Assembly (NCBI GenBank): GCA_049968235.1
Contig: JBMFRC010000015.1
Span: 1-64,000, forward strand
DNA length: 64,000 nucleotides
From: Candidatus Hydrogenedens sp.
Lineage (GTDB): Bacteria; Hydrogenedentota; Hydrogenedentia; Hydrogenedentales; Hydrogenedentaceae
Direction of reading: 5' to 3'
Part shown: positions 29,659 to 38,995 of the stretch, piece after piece
Layout: each line of letters begins with the position of its first letter
Position numbering within the stretch: the first letter of the stretch is position 1
Translations under genes and position numbers: made by a program
The notes under the pieces: generated by a model
Databases searched by the model: none
The model's input: only the letters and a program-made list of their open reading frames with translations
What the model was told of the DNA's origin: nothing

Positions 29659-29687
29659 TTGTAAATAATTTCTTGACAATTTATAAT
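29659..29687 (+). promoter_or_regulatory. Putative sigma70-type promoter for the PKD lipoprotein gene.
   Basis: A TTGTAA hexamer (29659-29664) is followed by a 17-nt spacer and then TATAAT (29682-29687). This lies in the 228-bp AT-rich divergent intergenic region. Confidence 0.3.
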
Positions 29688-29776
29688 AAAAGTGGCATTA
29701 TTATAAAGTGATATAATTCATGTTATAATTGTATACTATTGTTGTGAACAATAAGAGCACAACTGGAGAAATTTAT

Positions 29777-32700
29777 ATGAGAAAATCTGTATATTTTTTG
29801 TGTTTTCAAAGCATCCTATTTTTCACAATATTGTTGACAATTACAGGTTGTCCTCGAGAAGAAGTGGGAGGTTATTTAATTGTAGAACCGACATCGGTGG
29901 ATTTGGGTTCTAATGATGATAGTGCAGACATTCTGGTATGGAAAAATACAACGACCAGTTCTATAGGTCCAATTGTTGTTGAATCCCAAATTCCGTGGAT
30001 TTCTGTGGAAGGTTGTGCTACTGTTAATGATGAATGTTATAGTTTGGGACCTTTGGATAAAAAACGCATACGGATAAGAATAGACAGGGAAAAAACAGAC
30101 CTCGGACCTAATTCAGGAAATATAATCGTTCGGGCTACGAATGCTCCTTCAACAACGGTCCTGATAACTTTAATTGATTTAATAAAAGTGGATTTTGATG
30201 CTTCGAGTAAATTTACGACAGTAAACGAGGCAATTAGATTTTTTAATCAAAGTGCAGTTCAATCAGGGACTATACGAAAAGTAACATGGGATTTTGGAGA
30301 TGGTCAAACCTCTAATGATTATAATCCAACATATTTCTATCAGAAACCCGGTAATTATACAGTTACCTTGACTGTAGAGACTGATAAAGGTATTGAGAAA
30401 AGAGTAAAAGAGAATTTTATAAATGTAATTAGTGGTAACCTTACTGTTGATTTTTCTGCAAGTTCTCAGATAGTTCTATTGGGCGAGGAAGTTCAGTTAA
30501 TAGATAGAAGTCGTTCCGAAAAAGAAAATATTATTAATCGTTTCTGGGATTTCGGAGATGGAAAAACCAGTAATGAAGTAAATCCAAGGCATAAATATGA
30601 AAATCCTGGAATTTATTCCGTTACTTTAACTGTATATACAGAGAATCAAAATAAATCATTAACTAAAGAAGGGTATATAACTGTTCAAGAAGGTGTGCCT
30701 CCTAAAGCAAAATTCTCTGTTAGTCAAATCAAACCATTTATATATATTCCGGTTCAATTTTCTGATTTATCGGAAGCAGGAAGTTCGCCTATTACTGACT
30801 GGTTATGGGATTTTGGCGATGGAAACACTTCAACAGAACAAAATCCGCAATATGCGTTCACAAGGATTGGGAATCAGCAAATAAAATTAACAGTTAAGAA
30901 CAAGTTCGGTATTAGTTCCTTTTCACTGCCTGTAGAAGTTATTTATCTACCTCCTACCGCAGAATTTTCTGCTGAACCACTTGTTTTGTATGAAGGAGAA
31001 TCGGTTTTCTTTGCTGATTTATCCATAAAGGGGACAGAACGAATCATTCGCTGGTTGTGGAATTTTGGAGATGGTGGTACCGAGACCATAGAATATCAAC
31101 CCTATTCTCATGAGAATGGGAATACAAGATATGCCTATGCACAACCCGGTATTTATTCCGTATCTCTAACGGTAAATACAAGCACAACTTCAAATAATGA
31201 AAGTAGTATTACAAAAAGTTCTTATATTACAGTTCACAAACCACCTGTGCCCCAATTAAGTGTTTCTACAAGAAGCCCTGTAATACAGAAAGAAGTGCTT
31301 TTCCTCAATCGAACAGCAATAGGAACAGAGACAGAGTTGACTTTTGAATGGAATTTTGGCGATGGGTCTCCTGTCAAAACTATGAACACTACGGATTCTG
31401 TTTCACATATTTATTCAGAAGCCGGAGTTTATGATGTTACATTAAAGGTAAAAACGCCATTAAAAACATTCGAAAGTGAACCTGTTAAAGTTTATGTAGA
31501 TGCTCCACCTATTCCAGATTTTGAGTATACCCCCAAACGGATAACAGTAGAAGATTTAGTACAGTTTACGGATTTGTCTAACTCTGAAGGAACTCGACCT
31601 ATAATAGGTTGGGTATGGTCATTTGGCGATGGTTCTGGTGTATCAACCATGCAAAACCCAACACATCGCTTTGAAAGTCCCGGAAAATATAAAGTAGAGT
31701 TGTATTTAGTATTTACCCATTCCAAGAGTGGAGAGCAACTTAAAACATCTGCAGTTTCAAAAACATTGACCATCGGTTCTGCAATTCCTCCAACAGCCGG
31801 ATTTAAAATTGAAAGTCCTTGTGCCATTGTAGGAAGTGAAGTAAAGTTTTACGACCAATCAAAAACGGGAACAGCACCCATTGTCAGTTGGGAATGGGAT
31901 TTTGGTGATGGTGAAACTTCAAATGACCCATCACCAATACATGTATATTCTACTCCAGGAACTTATACCGTAAAATTAAAAGTTCAAACAGAAGGGGGAC
32001 TTGAATCAGAAGTCGTAAAACAAGATTGCATAGACGTAAGTAATTATGCAAGTCCTTTAGATATATTTGTAAGAGAACGCGACTCTGAATATACATGGAC
32101 AACGCCGGTAGAATATCCTGTAAATTATACCTCAGGTTCAGTTTCTATACGATTAGCGACCGCATATATAACGCGAATGACATCACAAGCCTGGCGCGAG
32201 GCAGATGATTTGTATAGTGGAAGAATATGGAAACATAATTTGGCCATTATTGTTCCAGAACGAAAACGAAATAATACCGCCTTATTATTCATTGATGGAG
32301 GTAACATCAATAGTAATCCACCTAATGAATCAGAAAGACTGTTCTTTGGTGAACTTGCCGCTTTATCCGGCTCTGTAATTGTTCATATAGACAATGTTCC
32401 TAACCAGCCTATTGTATTTATCGATGACTACGATGCAGAAAGGAATGTTATTCTTAAGTCGCGTACAGAGGATGACATTATTGCTTATAGTTATGACAAG
32501 TATATGAATGAATATAAGAATGGTAACGACGATTATCATTGGCCATTATTACTGGCAATGGCAAAATCTGCTGTCCGTGCTATGGATACAACCCAATTTA
32601 TATTGGAAGATAATGCACCATCGGAATTTATTATATCAGGAGGTTCGAAACGCGGATGGACTACATGGTTAACAGGATTAACAGACTGTCGTATAAAAGC

Positions 32701-34540
32701 AATAGCTCCACTTGTTATAGATGTCCTGAATATGGACAAGCAAATGGAACATCATAAAAATGTCTACGGTTATTGGGCACCTTCTATTTATGCCTATGCA
32801 CAGATGAAAGTTTTTGACAGACTTATTCCTGACGGCGGAAATCTGTTACCTGAAGCAGAGGCTCTTCTAAAACTTATAGACCCGTATGAGTATTTGGAAA
32901 GAATGCAGAATATTCCCAAGTTTATTTTAAATTCATCCTGCGATGAATTCTTTGTACCCGATTCTTCTTTATGGTATTTCAAGGATTTGTTGGGAGAGAA
33001 ATATCTAAATTATGTTCCTAATGTCTCTCATGGACTTGGGAATGAATTTAGTTTTGAGACAGATGCGGTGCAAAATTTGTTCGCATGGTTTTTAGCAAAA
33101 ACTCAAAATATTCAATTACCCACTTTCACATGGCAGAAGGTTACAAATGGAAATGCAAATACATTACAGGTGGTTGTAAATAGCCAGTTTACATCTTTAA
33201 TAAAAGAAGTAAAACTATGGCAATGCAATAATCCATATGCAAGAGATTTTAGAAAATACAAGATTGATAGCATTGGAGTTCAGTATCAAAGTGAAATATT
33301 ACAACCTGTAACCCCGGGCGTTTATCAAGCAACGGTAAATACCCCTTCACAGGGCTATACGGCGTATTTTATTCAGTTAACATTTAATAATCCAGCAAGA
33401 TTTCAAATGGCGGTTCCGGGGCTAACAGTTCCTTCATTAGTCTATACAACTTCTATTTATATCACTCCGGAAACTTATCCTGAATACACCTCGGAGAGAT
33501 ACACAAATTACAAATATCCATATTTAGTTCTTCGTGGTTCTCCTTACGAAATGGGTAGAGACTATGGAGATTTAATGAGAAATGAAATCATAAACCATGC
33601 TAATTATGTGTTGAGCAATTTAGGGAGATTTGGTGTTACTCAGACAAATCTTGATAACGCGTGGAGTATTCAACAAGGAAATCTTGATGAGAGAATACAA
33701 CAAGAATTGCAGGGTATTTCAGATAGCACAGGAATTAATTATGACGCATTAGGGAAACTGCAATTGGTTGAATGCCTGAGTCCGTATTCGACCACAAAAT
33801 CTTCGGGGTCTTTATTATGGTCAACGGCTACCAATATGCCTTCATTCTTCGATTACGCCCCATTAATTCAAACTTATTCATTAAATAGACAGTTGTATAA
33901 TGGTGGACAACAAACCTACCCGGTGGTTATATTTTATATACCTGAACATGGATTTCCCCATGTGTTATTCACTTTCGCCGGAATGGTTGTTAGTAGAGCA
34001 GGAGTTAATGTGGCAGGATTAACATATGGAGATATACCTGTATCTGGTGAAAGTGTCGTGCTGAATGAGAATATGCTAACTGCATTTCGTAGTGCAATGT
34101 ATGATGTCAATAGACTAAATTCACTTATAGAATGGACGGATATGTCTTCGTTAGGTAGATTGCACTCCTATTTATTAGGAGATGGAAGATACGAATTAAG
34201 AGGTGCAAAATATCTGGTCAAATCATCATCAAGGTTGTTAGTAAGAGATAATGATACAAATGATGATTATCGACCTAATATCTTACCAAATATTGTTTAT
34301 GATGCTGATACGGCAACGAGGGCAAATAATATTTATACATTAATCCGAGATAACTATGGACAATTAGTTATATCTGGGCTATATACCTTATCACAAAGGG
34401 GAGCCGTTGCTAATTCAAACTTGATGAATCTTGTAATTGATGCTACCGCTTTGAAGGGATATATTGCTGTTGCGAATGGGACACAAGGCGCCTCTACACA
34501 AACATTTGAAATCTATGATTTTCAATCTATTTTACCGTAA
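29777..34540 (+). CDS. Giant lipoprotein. It has an N-terminal Ig-like region, seven PKD domains, a central domain of uncertain family and a C-terminal peptidase-C45 (acyl-CoA:6-APA acyltransferase-like) Ntn-hydrolase-like domain.
   Basis: The tracked ORF starts at 29729. The lipoprotein signal MRKSVYFLCFQSILFFTILLTITGC begins at 29777. Seven W(D/N/S)FGDG PKD motifs are present. The C-terminal segment YLVLRGSPYEMGRDYGDLM...ECLSPYS parallels the N-terminus of C45/AAT proteins and a Cys-Thr/Ser nucleophile site. Confidence 0.6.
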   Translation: MRKSVYFLCFQSILFFTILLTITGCPREEVGGYLIVEPTSVDLGSNDDSADILVWKNTTTSSIGPIVVESQIPWISVEGCATVNDECYSLGPLDKKRIRIRIDREKTDLGPNSGNIIVRATNAPSTTVLITLIDLIKVDFDASSKFTTVNEAIRFFNQSAVQSGTIRKVTWDFGDGQTSNDYNPTYFYQKPGNYTVTLTVETDKGIEKRVKENFINVISGNLTVDFSASSQIVLLGEEVQLIDRSRSEKENIINRFWDFGDGKTSNEVNPRHKYENPGIYSVTLTVYTENQNKSLTKEGYITVQEGVPPKAKFSVSQIKPFIYIPVQFSDLSEAGSSPITDWLWDFGDGNTSTEQNPQYAFTRIGNQQIKLTVKNKFGISSFSLPVEVIYLPPTAEFSAEPLVLYEGESVFFADLSIKGTERIIRWLWNFGDGGTETIEYQPYSHENGNTRYAYAQPGIYSVSLTVNTSTTSNNESSITKSSYITVHKPPVPQLSVSTRSPVIQKEVLFLNRTAIGTETELTFEWNFGDGSPVKTMNTTDSVSHIYSEAGVYDVTLKVKTPLKTFESEPVKVYVDAPPIPDFEYTPKRITVEDLVQFTDLSNSEGTRPIIGWVWSFGDGSGVSTMQNPTHRFESPGKYKVELYLVFTHSKSGEQLKTSAVSKTLTIGSAIPPTAGFKIESPCAIVGSEVKFYDQSKTGTAPIVSWEWDFGDGETSNDPSPIHVYSTPGTYTVKLKVQTEGGLESEVVKQDCIDVSNYASPLDIFVRERDSEYTWTTPVEYPVNYTSGSVSIRLATAYITRMTSQAWREADDLYSGRIWKHNLAIIVPERKRNNTALLFIDGGNINSNPPNESERLFFGELAALSGSVIVHIDNVPNQPIVFIDDYDAERNVILKSRTEDDIIAYSYDKYMNEYKNGNDDYHWPLLLAMAKSAVRAMDTTQFILEDNAPSEFIISGGSKRGWTTWLTGLTDCRIKAIAPLVIDVLNMDKQMEHHKNVYGYWAPSIYAYAQMKVFDRLIPDGGNLLPEAEALLKLIDPYEYLERMQNIPKFILNSSCDEFFVPDSSLWYFKDLLGEKYLNYVPNVSHGLGNEFSFETDAVQNLFAWFLAKTQNIQLPTFTWQKVTNGNANTLQVVVNSQFTSLIKEVKLWQCNNPYARDFRKYKIDSIGVQYQSEILQPVTPGVYQATVNTPSQGYTAYFIQLTFNNPARFQMAVPGLTVPSLVYTTSIYITPETYPEYTSERYTNYKYPYLVLRGSPYEMGRDYGDLMRNEIINHANYVLSNLGRFGVTQTNLDNAWSIQQGNLDERIQQELQGISDSTGINYDALGKLQLVECLSPYSTTKSSGSLLWSTATNMPSFFDYAPLIQTYSLNRQLYNGGQQTYPVVIFYIPEHGFPHVLFTFAGMVVSRAGVNVAGLTYGDIPVSGESVVLNENMLTAFRSAMYDVNRLNSLIEWTDMSSLGRLHSYLLGDGRYELRGAKYLVKSSSRLLVRDNDTNDDYRPNILPNIVYDADTATRANNIYTLIRDNYGQLVISGLYTLSQRGAVANSNLMNLVIDATALKGYIAVANGTQGASTQTFEIYDFQSILP

Positions 34541-34599
34541 GTAAAAAGTTTTGTATAGGGTTACTAAAACTAACGGGCATAATAAGTGGAGTAGTATAA

Positions 34600-35598
34600 A
34601 TGACAGAATTAGTTAAATGTATTTCCCGTGGAAATAATGTTCTTGAAAAACTGAGTGAATTAAGAGGGAAAACTTTAGTCGTTTCAATGGATATCCCATG
34701 GAAAGGTGTTCAAAAATATATTTCATGGGAACCTACAGAGATTATCTGGGCACAGGAGATGGGATTAAATATTATTGAAAATCTGGAAAAGAAACTGGCT
34801 GATTTTGATTGGGTAGTCGGAATAGGTGGAGGCGTAAGTTGTGACCTCGCAAAGTATATTGCATGGAAGAGAAACATCCCATTAGTATTAGTTCCAACCA
34901 TAGTTTCTGTAGATGCCCCATTTACACCATCCATTGCAATAAGAGAAGATAATGTAGTCCGTTATATCGGAAACATTATCCCAAATCATATATTTGTAGA
35001 TTATCGAATAATTCAAGATGCTCCCCCTCATCTAAATAGGGCAGGAGTTGCAGACTTATTAAGTATTCATACTGCATTGTGGGATTGGAAGTGTTCCGCA
35101 GAGAATAACAACGAAAAATATGACGCCCAAATCGCCCATGAAGCAGAGGAATGTCTAATAGAAATAGATAAGATGGCAGAGGAAATATATAATGTTACCC
35201 CTCAAGGAATAGATACAATTGTGAATTTATATTGTAAAGAGGTAGAATTGTGCAATACATTTGGAAATGCACGACCCGAAGAAGGTTCCGAACATATTGT
35301 TGCCTATCATGTAGAGTATTTAACCAAAAGACAATTTCTACATGGAGATTTGGTAGGTATGGGTATTTTTTGTATGAGCAGATTACAGGAAAATAAAGTC
35401 GAATGGATAACGAATTTATTGAAAAGATGTGGTGTTAAATTTCAAGTTGATGGTTTATCAAAAGATGAAATATTACAAACTTTATTAGGGTTAAAAAAAT
35501 TTAAAGATGATACAGGATTATTTTATAGTGTAATTGATGTAAAAACGATTACAAATGAATTTGCAAACAATATATTAAATGAACTTAACTTAATATAA
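34600..35598 (+). CDS. sn-glycerol-1-phosphate dehydrogenase (AraM/EgsA)-like protein of the dehydroquinate-synthase-like / iron-ADH superfamily.
   Basis: VVGIGGGVSCDLAKYIAWKRNIPLVLVPTIVSVDAPFTPS matches the G1PDH motifs GGGxxxDxAKY and IPxxxVPTxxSxD. The protein is 332 aa. Confidence 0.5.
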   Translation: MTELVKCISRGNNVLEKLSELRGKTLVVSMDIPWKGVQKYISWEPTEIIWAQEMGLNIIENLEKKLADFDWVVGIGGGVSCDLAKYIAWKRNIPLVLVPTIVSVDAPFTPSIAIREDNVVRYIGNIIPNHIFVDYRIIQDAPPHLNRAGVADLLSIHTALWDWKCSAENNNEKYDAQIAHEAEECLIEIDKMAEEIYNVTPQGIDTIVNLYCKEVELCNTFGNARPEEGSEHIVAYHVEYLTKRQFLHGDLVGMGIFCMSRLQENKVEWITNLLKRCGVKFQVDGLSKDEILQTLLGLKKFKDDTGLFYSVIDVKTITNEFANNILNELNLI

Positions 35599-35613
35599 AA
35601 GAAGGAAAGGGAT

Positions 35614-38037
35614 ATGGAAAAGATGATAGTAATAATTATGATTTCATTGATTTTGTTACTCGGAATATCAATGAAAACCTTGGCAGATGCGAAAACTTTT
35701 ATAGAAGGAAAGCCTATCTGGTTAAAAGAACGAACAAAGGTGATGAATGATTTTGCAGGATTTCGAGCTATTTTCAGCGTGGATAATACAGAGAATGTTC
35801 TATTACGTTGTGCTGGACATGATTTTTACAGAGTTTATATCAATGGTACATTTGTGCTCTACGGTCCTGCAAGAGGACCACATGGTTTCCATCGCGTAGA
35901 TGAAATAAATATATCGAATCATTTACAAAAAGGAGAAAATATTCTTGCCATAGAAGCAATTGTATATAATGTAAATGGATATGGTATTACCAACCAGCCG
36001 GGGTTTATTCAAGCAGAGGTTATACAGGGAAAGAAGGTTTTATGTGCAACAGGCTCAGAAAAACATCCCTTTATGGGTTTCGATTTAAATTATAAGTTCA
36101 AAAAGGTAGAGCGTTATAGTTTCCAGAGAGGTTTCTCAGAAGCCTATCGTCTAACCCCACAATCATTGGATTGGATAATGAAAAAGGAAAATGCCCCTAC
36201 TCCTTATGAAATAGAAATTTTAGAAAACAAAGCACTTATTTCTCGAGGTGTTCCCATGCCCACATTTGAAAAAATATTACCTGAAAAAGTGATTATTGAA
36301 GGTAAAGTGAATTTACAAAAACCTATAGAAAAACCATGGATTAATAAGAGTGTTGAACCAAGAGCAGATTTTCTCGGGTATCCCTTTGACCAACTTGAAT
36401 ATTCCCCTCCGAAAGATTTTCAAAAAATGACTATTGAAAAGGGAGAACGAAAAGAACAATCAGTAAATTTTCCACTTTCCATCAATGCAGAAACTTATAA
36501 TATATTTGATTTTGGAAGAAGTATGACAGGCTTTGTCTGTTTGAAAATAAAGGTAGATGAACCCACAAAGGTATTTATCACTTTCGATGAAATGTTAAGA
36601 AATGAAACTGTGGACTGGAAACGATTGGGTTGCCATAATGTTATAGCATTACATTTATCCGAGAAGGGAGAATATAATTTTGAATCTATTGAGCCTTATA
36701 CATTTAGATACATGCAAATTTCTAATACAAATACATCGAGTACAATTATATCAACAGGTATAAAACTTTATGAAAATCCAGAAGCCAAAAAAGCAAAGTT
36801 TCTATGTTCTGATGAACGATTGAACCGAATTTTTGAAGCAGGTAGAGCCACGTTTGCTCAAAATGCCGTAGATATTTTTATGGATTGCCCTCACAGAGAA
36901 AGAGCGGGTTGGTTATGTGATTCATTCTTTACATCACGGGCAGGTCTCGTTTTGACGGGTAATACAACAGTAGAAAAAAATTTCTTTGAAAACTTTATGC
37001 TCCCTCCTAAATTCGAGTTCTTGCCGGATGGAATGTTACCTATGTGTTATCCTTCGGACCATAATAATGGACAATTTATCCCCAATTGGGCTATGTGGTT
37101 TGTTATTCAACTCGGCGAATATGCAAAAAGAAGCAACGATTGGGATCTGGTAAATGCTCTTAAACCTAAAGTGTTAGCATTGGTTAAATTTTTTGACGCC
37201 TACAAAAATTCTGATGGACTATTAGAAAAATTGCCCAGTTGGGTTTTCATTGAGTGGTCAAAAGCCAATGATTTTGTTCAGGATGTGAATTATCCATCGA
37301 ATATGTTATTTGCAGGTGTCCTTGATACTGTGGCTGAATTATATAAACTGCCCGAATATAAACAAGAGGCAGAAAAAATTAGAGATACCATACGCAAACA
37401 ATCTTTTGATGGAACTTTCTTTGTAGATAATGCAGTTCGTAAAGATGGAAAATTAGAAGTTACTCGTAATCGCACTGAAGTATGCCAGTATTTCGCCTTC
37501 TTCTTTAAAGTCGCAACGAGAGAAACTCATCCCGATTTGTGGAATATATTAAGAAATGATTTCGGACCACATCGGAAAGAGAATAACAAATACCCCGAAA
37601 TTCATCTGGCGAATTCATTTATAGGAAATGTTCTCCGTGCTGAATTATTAACATTGAGTGGAGAAGGTGATAAGGTCCTTGACGAATCCGTAGGCTATCT
37701 GGATTACATGGCTCAAAGAACTGGAACTTTGTGGGAAAATGTTGATGATGGAGCCAGTCTAAATCATGGTTTCGCTTCCCATGTTGTATATATTTATGAC
37801 AGGGTAGCGATGGGTATTAGCGAATATAACCCTGTTAATAAAAAGGTAAAAATTGTATTCCGTCCATTATCATTAAAATACTGTGAAGGAGAAATTCCTG
37901 TAGCCAATAATCAAAGTATAAAAATTAAGTGGCAACAGGATGATAACACAATAAGATATCTCATAAGTGTGCCAGATGATTATTCCATTGAAATAGAAAA
38001 CCTAACAGGTAAAAATTTGGTTAAAGAAACGAATTAA
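35614..38037 (+). CDS. GH78 alpha-L-rhamnosidase-like glycoside hydrolase, secreted.
   Basis: The protein has a signal peptide and the N-terminal rhamnosidase-domain pattern FYRVYINGTFVLYGPARGP. The six-hairpin catalytic-domain motif FMDCPHRERAGWLCD aligns with the GH78 DCPxREkxGWxGD block. Confidence 0.6.
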   Translation: MEKMIVIIMISLILLLGISMKTLADAKTFIEGKPIWLKERTKVMNDFAGFRAIFSVDNTENVLLRCAGHDFYRVYINGTFVLYGPARGPHGFHRVDEINISNHLQKGENILAIEAIVYNVNGYGITNQPGFIQAEVIQGKKVLCATGSEKHPFMGFDLNYKFKKVERYSFQRGFSEAYRLTPQSLDWIMKKENAPTPYEIEILENKALISRGVPMPTFEKILPEKVIIEGKVNLQKPIEKPWINKSVEPRADFLGYPFDQLEYSPPKDFQKMTIEKGERKEQSVNFPLSINAETYNIFDFGRSMTGFVCLKIKVDEPTKVFITFDEMLRNETVDWKRLGCHNVIALHLSEKGEYNFESIEPYTFRYMQISNTNTSSTIISTGIKLYENPEAKKAKFLCSDERLNRIFEAGRATFAQNAVDIFMDCPHRERAGWLCDSFFTSRAGLVLTGNTTVEKNFFENFMLPPKFEFLPDGMLPMCYPSDHNNGQFIPNWAMWFVIQLGEYAKRSNDWDLVNALKPKVLALVKFFDAYKNSDGLLEKLPSWVFIEWSKANDFVQDVNYPSNMLFAGVLDTVAELYKLPEYKQEAEKIRDTIRKQSFDGTFFVDNAVRKDGKLEVTRNRTEVCQYFAFFFKVATRETHPDLWNILRNDFGPHRKENNKYPEIHLANSFIGNVLRAELLTLSGEGDKVLDESVGYLDYMAQRTGTLWENVDDGASLNHGFASHVVYIYDRVAMGISEYNPVNKKVKIVFRPLSLKYCEGEIPVANNQSIKIKWQQDDNTIRYLISVPDDYSIEIENLTGKNLVKETN

Positions 38038-38050
38038 TTATTCATTGTAG

Positions 38051-38962
38051 TTAACCAATAAAATATTGAAAATTCTTATCAATAAGAGGCTCTATATCTT
38101 TCTTATAGATAATCGGTTCACTCACTTCATTTTTATGTTGTTCCCAAAAAGATTTCCACTCTTCTATATTATCAATTTTTTTATTGTTTAATTCTATTTT
38201 CCACAGGTTATTTAATGCTTCTTTACTCGAATTGGCAATTCTTGGTTCTGGATGGCTAAGGTTTTCTATAAGAACAGGTGTTACAGATTTTAATCCTACA
38301 TGGGCTATTGCATAATTTGTTATGATACATACATCGATATCCGGGTCAACTAACCCACGAATAATTAAATTATAACTTTCTGTATCTTTTGCAATGGCTA
38401 AAAGTTCAATGGCTTTTCCACGTACTGTCGGTGCGGAATCAAGAATTTTATCTCTTAAAATTTTTATCGTTTTATCTTTATTTATCTTATATAAAATTTC
38501 TAAAATATGCGGTGTGATTGTAGGGGAATAAGAGGGAAGATAGTATTCTAAATAAGGGAAGATATCCATTGTTTTTTGAAGTTCTAATAATCCATTTTTA
38601 GCAGTAACACGGTCAACTTCTTCGCCCCATTGAATTCTACTAATTAGTGCTTCAACCTGTGCTCGTTGGTCTTTATTTAATCCCGTTTTTTCGGTAAGTA
38701 ATTTGTCTTTTTCTTCCCATTCCTTTTTTGCTTCATCTAAATTTATTTCACCTGTTTTATCGTTTTTTTGGATGTTAGCAATTTCGTCTTTTGTGTATTT
38801 AAATATTTTCTTCCCTACCTGTATCGTGTAAATTCCATCGGCTGATTCATCAACGATTTGCCCATCAAAAGTAATACCACTTTTTAAGGTAAAGGTATCT
38901 GGAAAAGTGAAAATACATATAAAAGACGCGAACAAAAAAGCAAAAATGAACCTTATACCCAT
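38051..38962 (-). CDS. HEAT/PBS-lyase-repeat protein with an N-terminal signal or anchor.
   Basis: HEAT-like repeats are present (for example PTVRGKAIELLAIAKD..., DPDIDVCIITNYAIAHVG, PEPRIANSSKEAL). The gene lies 33 nt downstream of the GspK-like gene on the same strand. Confidence 0.45.
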   Translation of the reverse strand: MGIRFIFAFLFASFICIFTFPDTFTLKSGITFDGQIVDESADGIYTIQVGKKIFKYTKDEIANIQKNDKTGEINLDEAKKEWEEKDKLLTEKTGLNKDQRAQVEALISRIQWGEEVDRVTAKNGLLELQKTMDIFPYLEYYLPSYSPTITPHILEILYKINKDKTIKILRDKILDSAPTVRGKAIELLAIAKDTESYNLIIRGLVDPDIDVCIITNYAIAHVGLKSVTPVLIENLSHPEPRIANSSKEALNNLWKIELNNKKIDNIEEWKSFWEQHKNEVSEPIIYKKDIEPLIDKNFQYFIG

Positions 38963-38995
38963 TTTAATCCTCCTATAAAAGATATTTATTAAAAA

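Noticed and set aside
29501-29728. A 228-bp AT-rich intergenic region was considered as a possible small RNA, tRNA or CRISPR leader.
   Set aside because: No direct repeats, no GC-rich cloverleaf-capable segment and no repeat-spacer periodicity are present. The region is best explained as a divergent promoter region for the efflux operon and the PKD lipoprotein gene.
30180-32040. Periodic ~85-aa repeats in the PKD gene were considered as possible DNA-level tandem repeats or a recombination hotspot.
   Set aside because: The repeats are conserved at the protein-motif level (WxFGDG) but diverged at the nucleotide level. No long identical DNA repeats are visible, so this is not a repeat or CRISPR-like feature.
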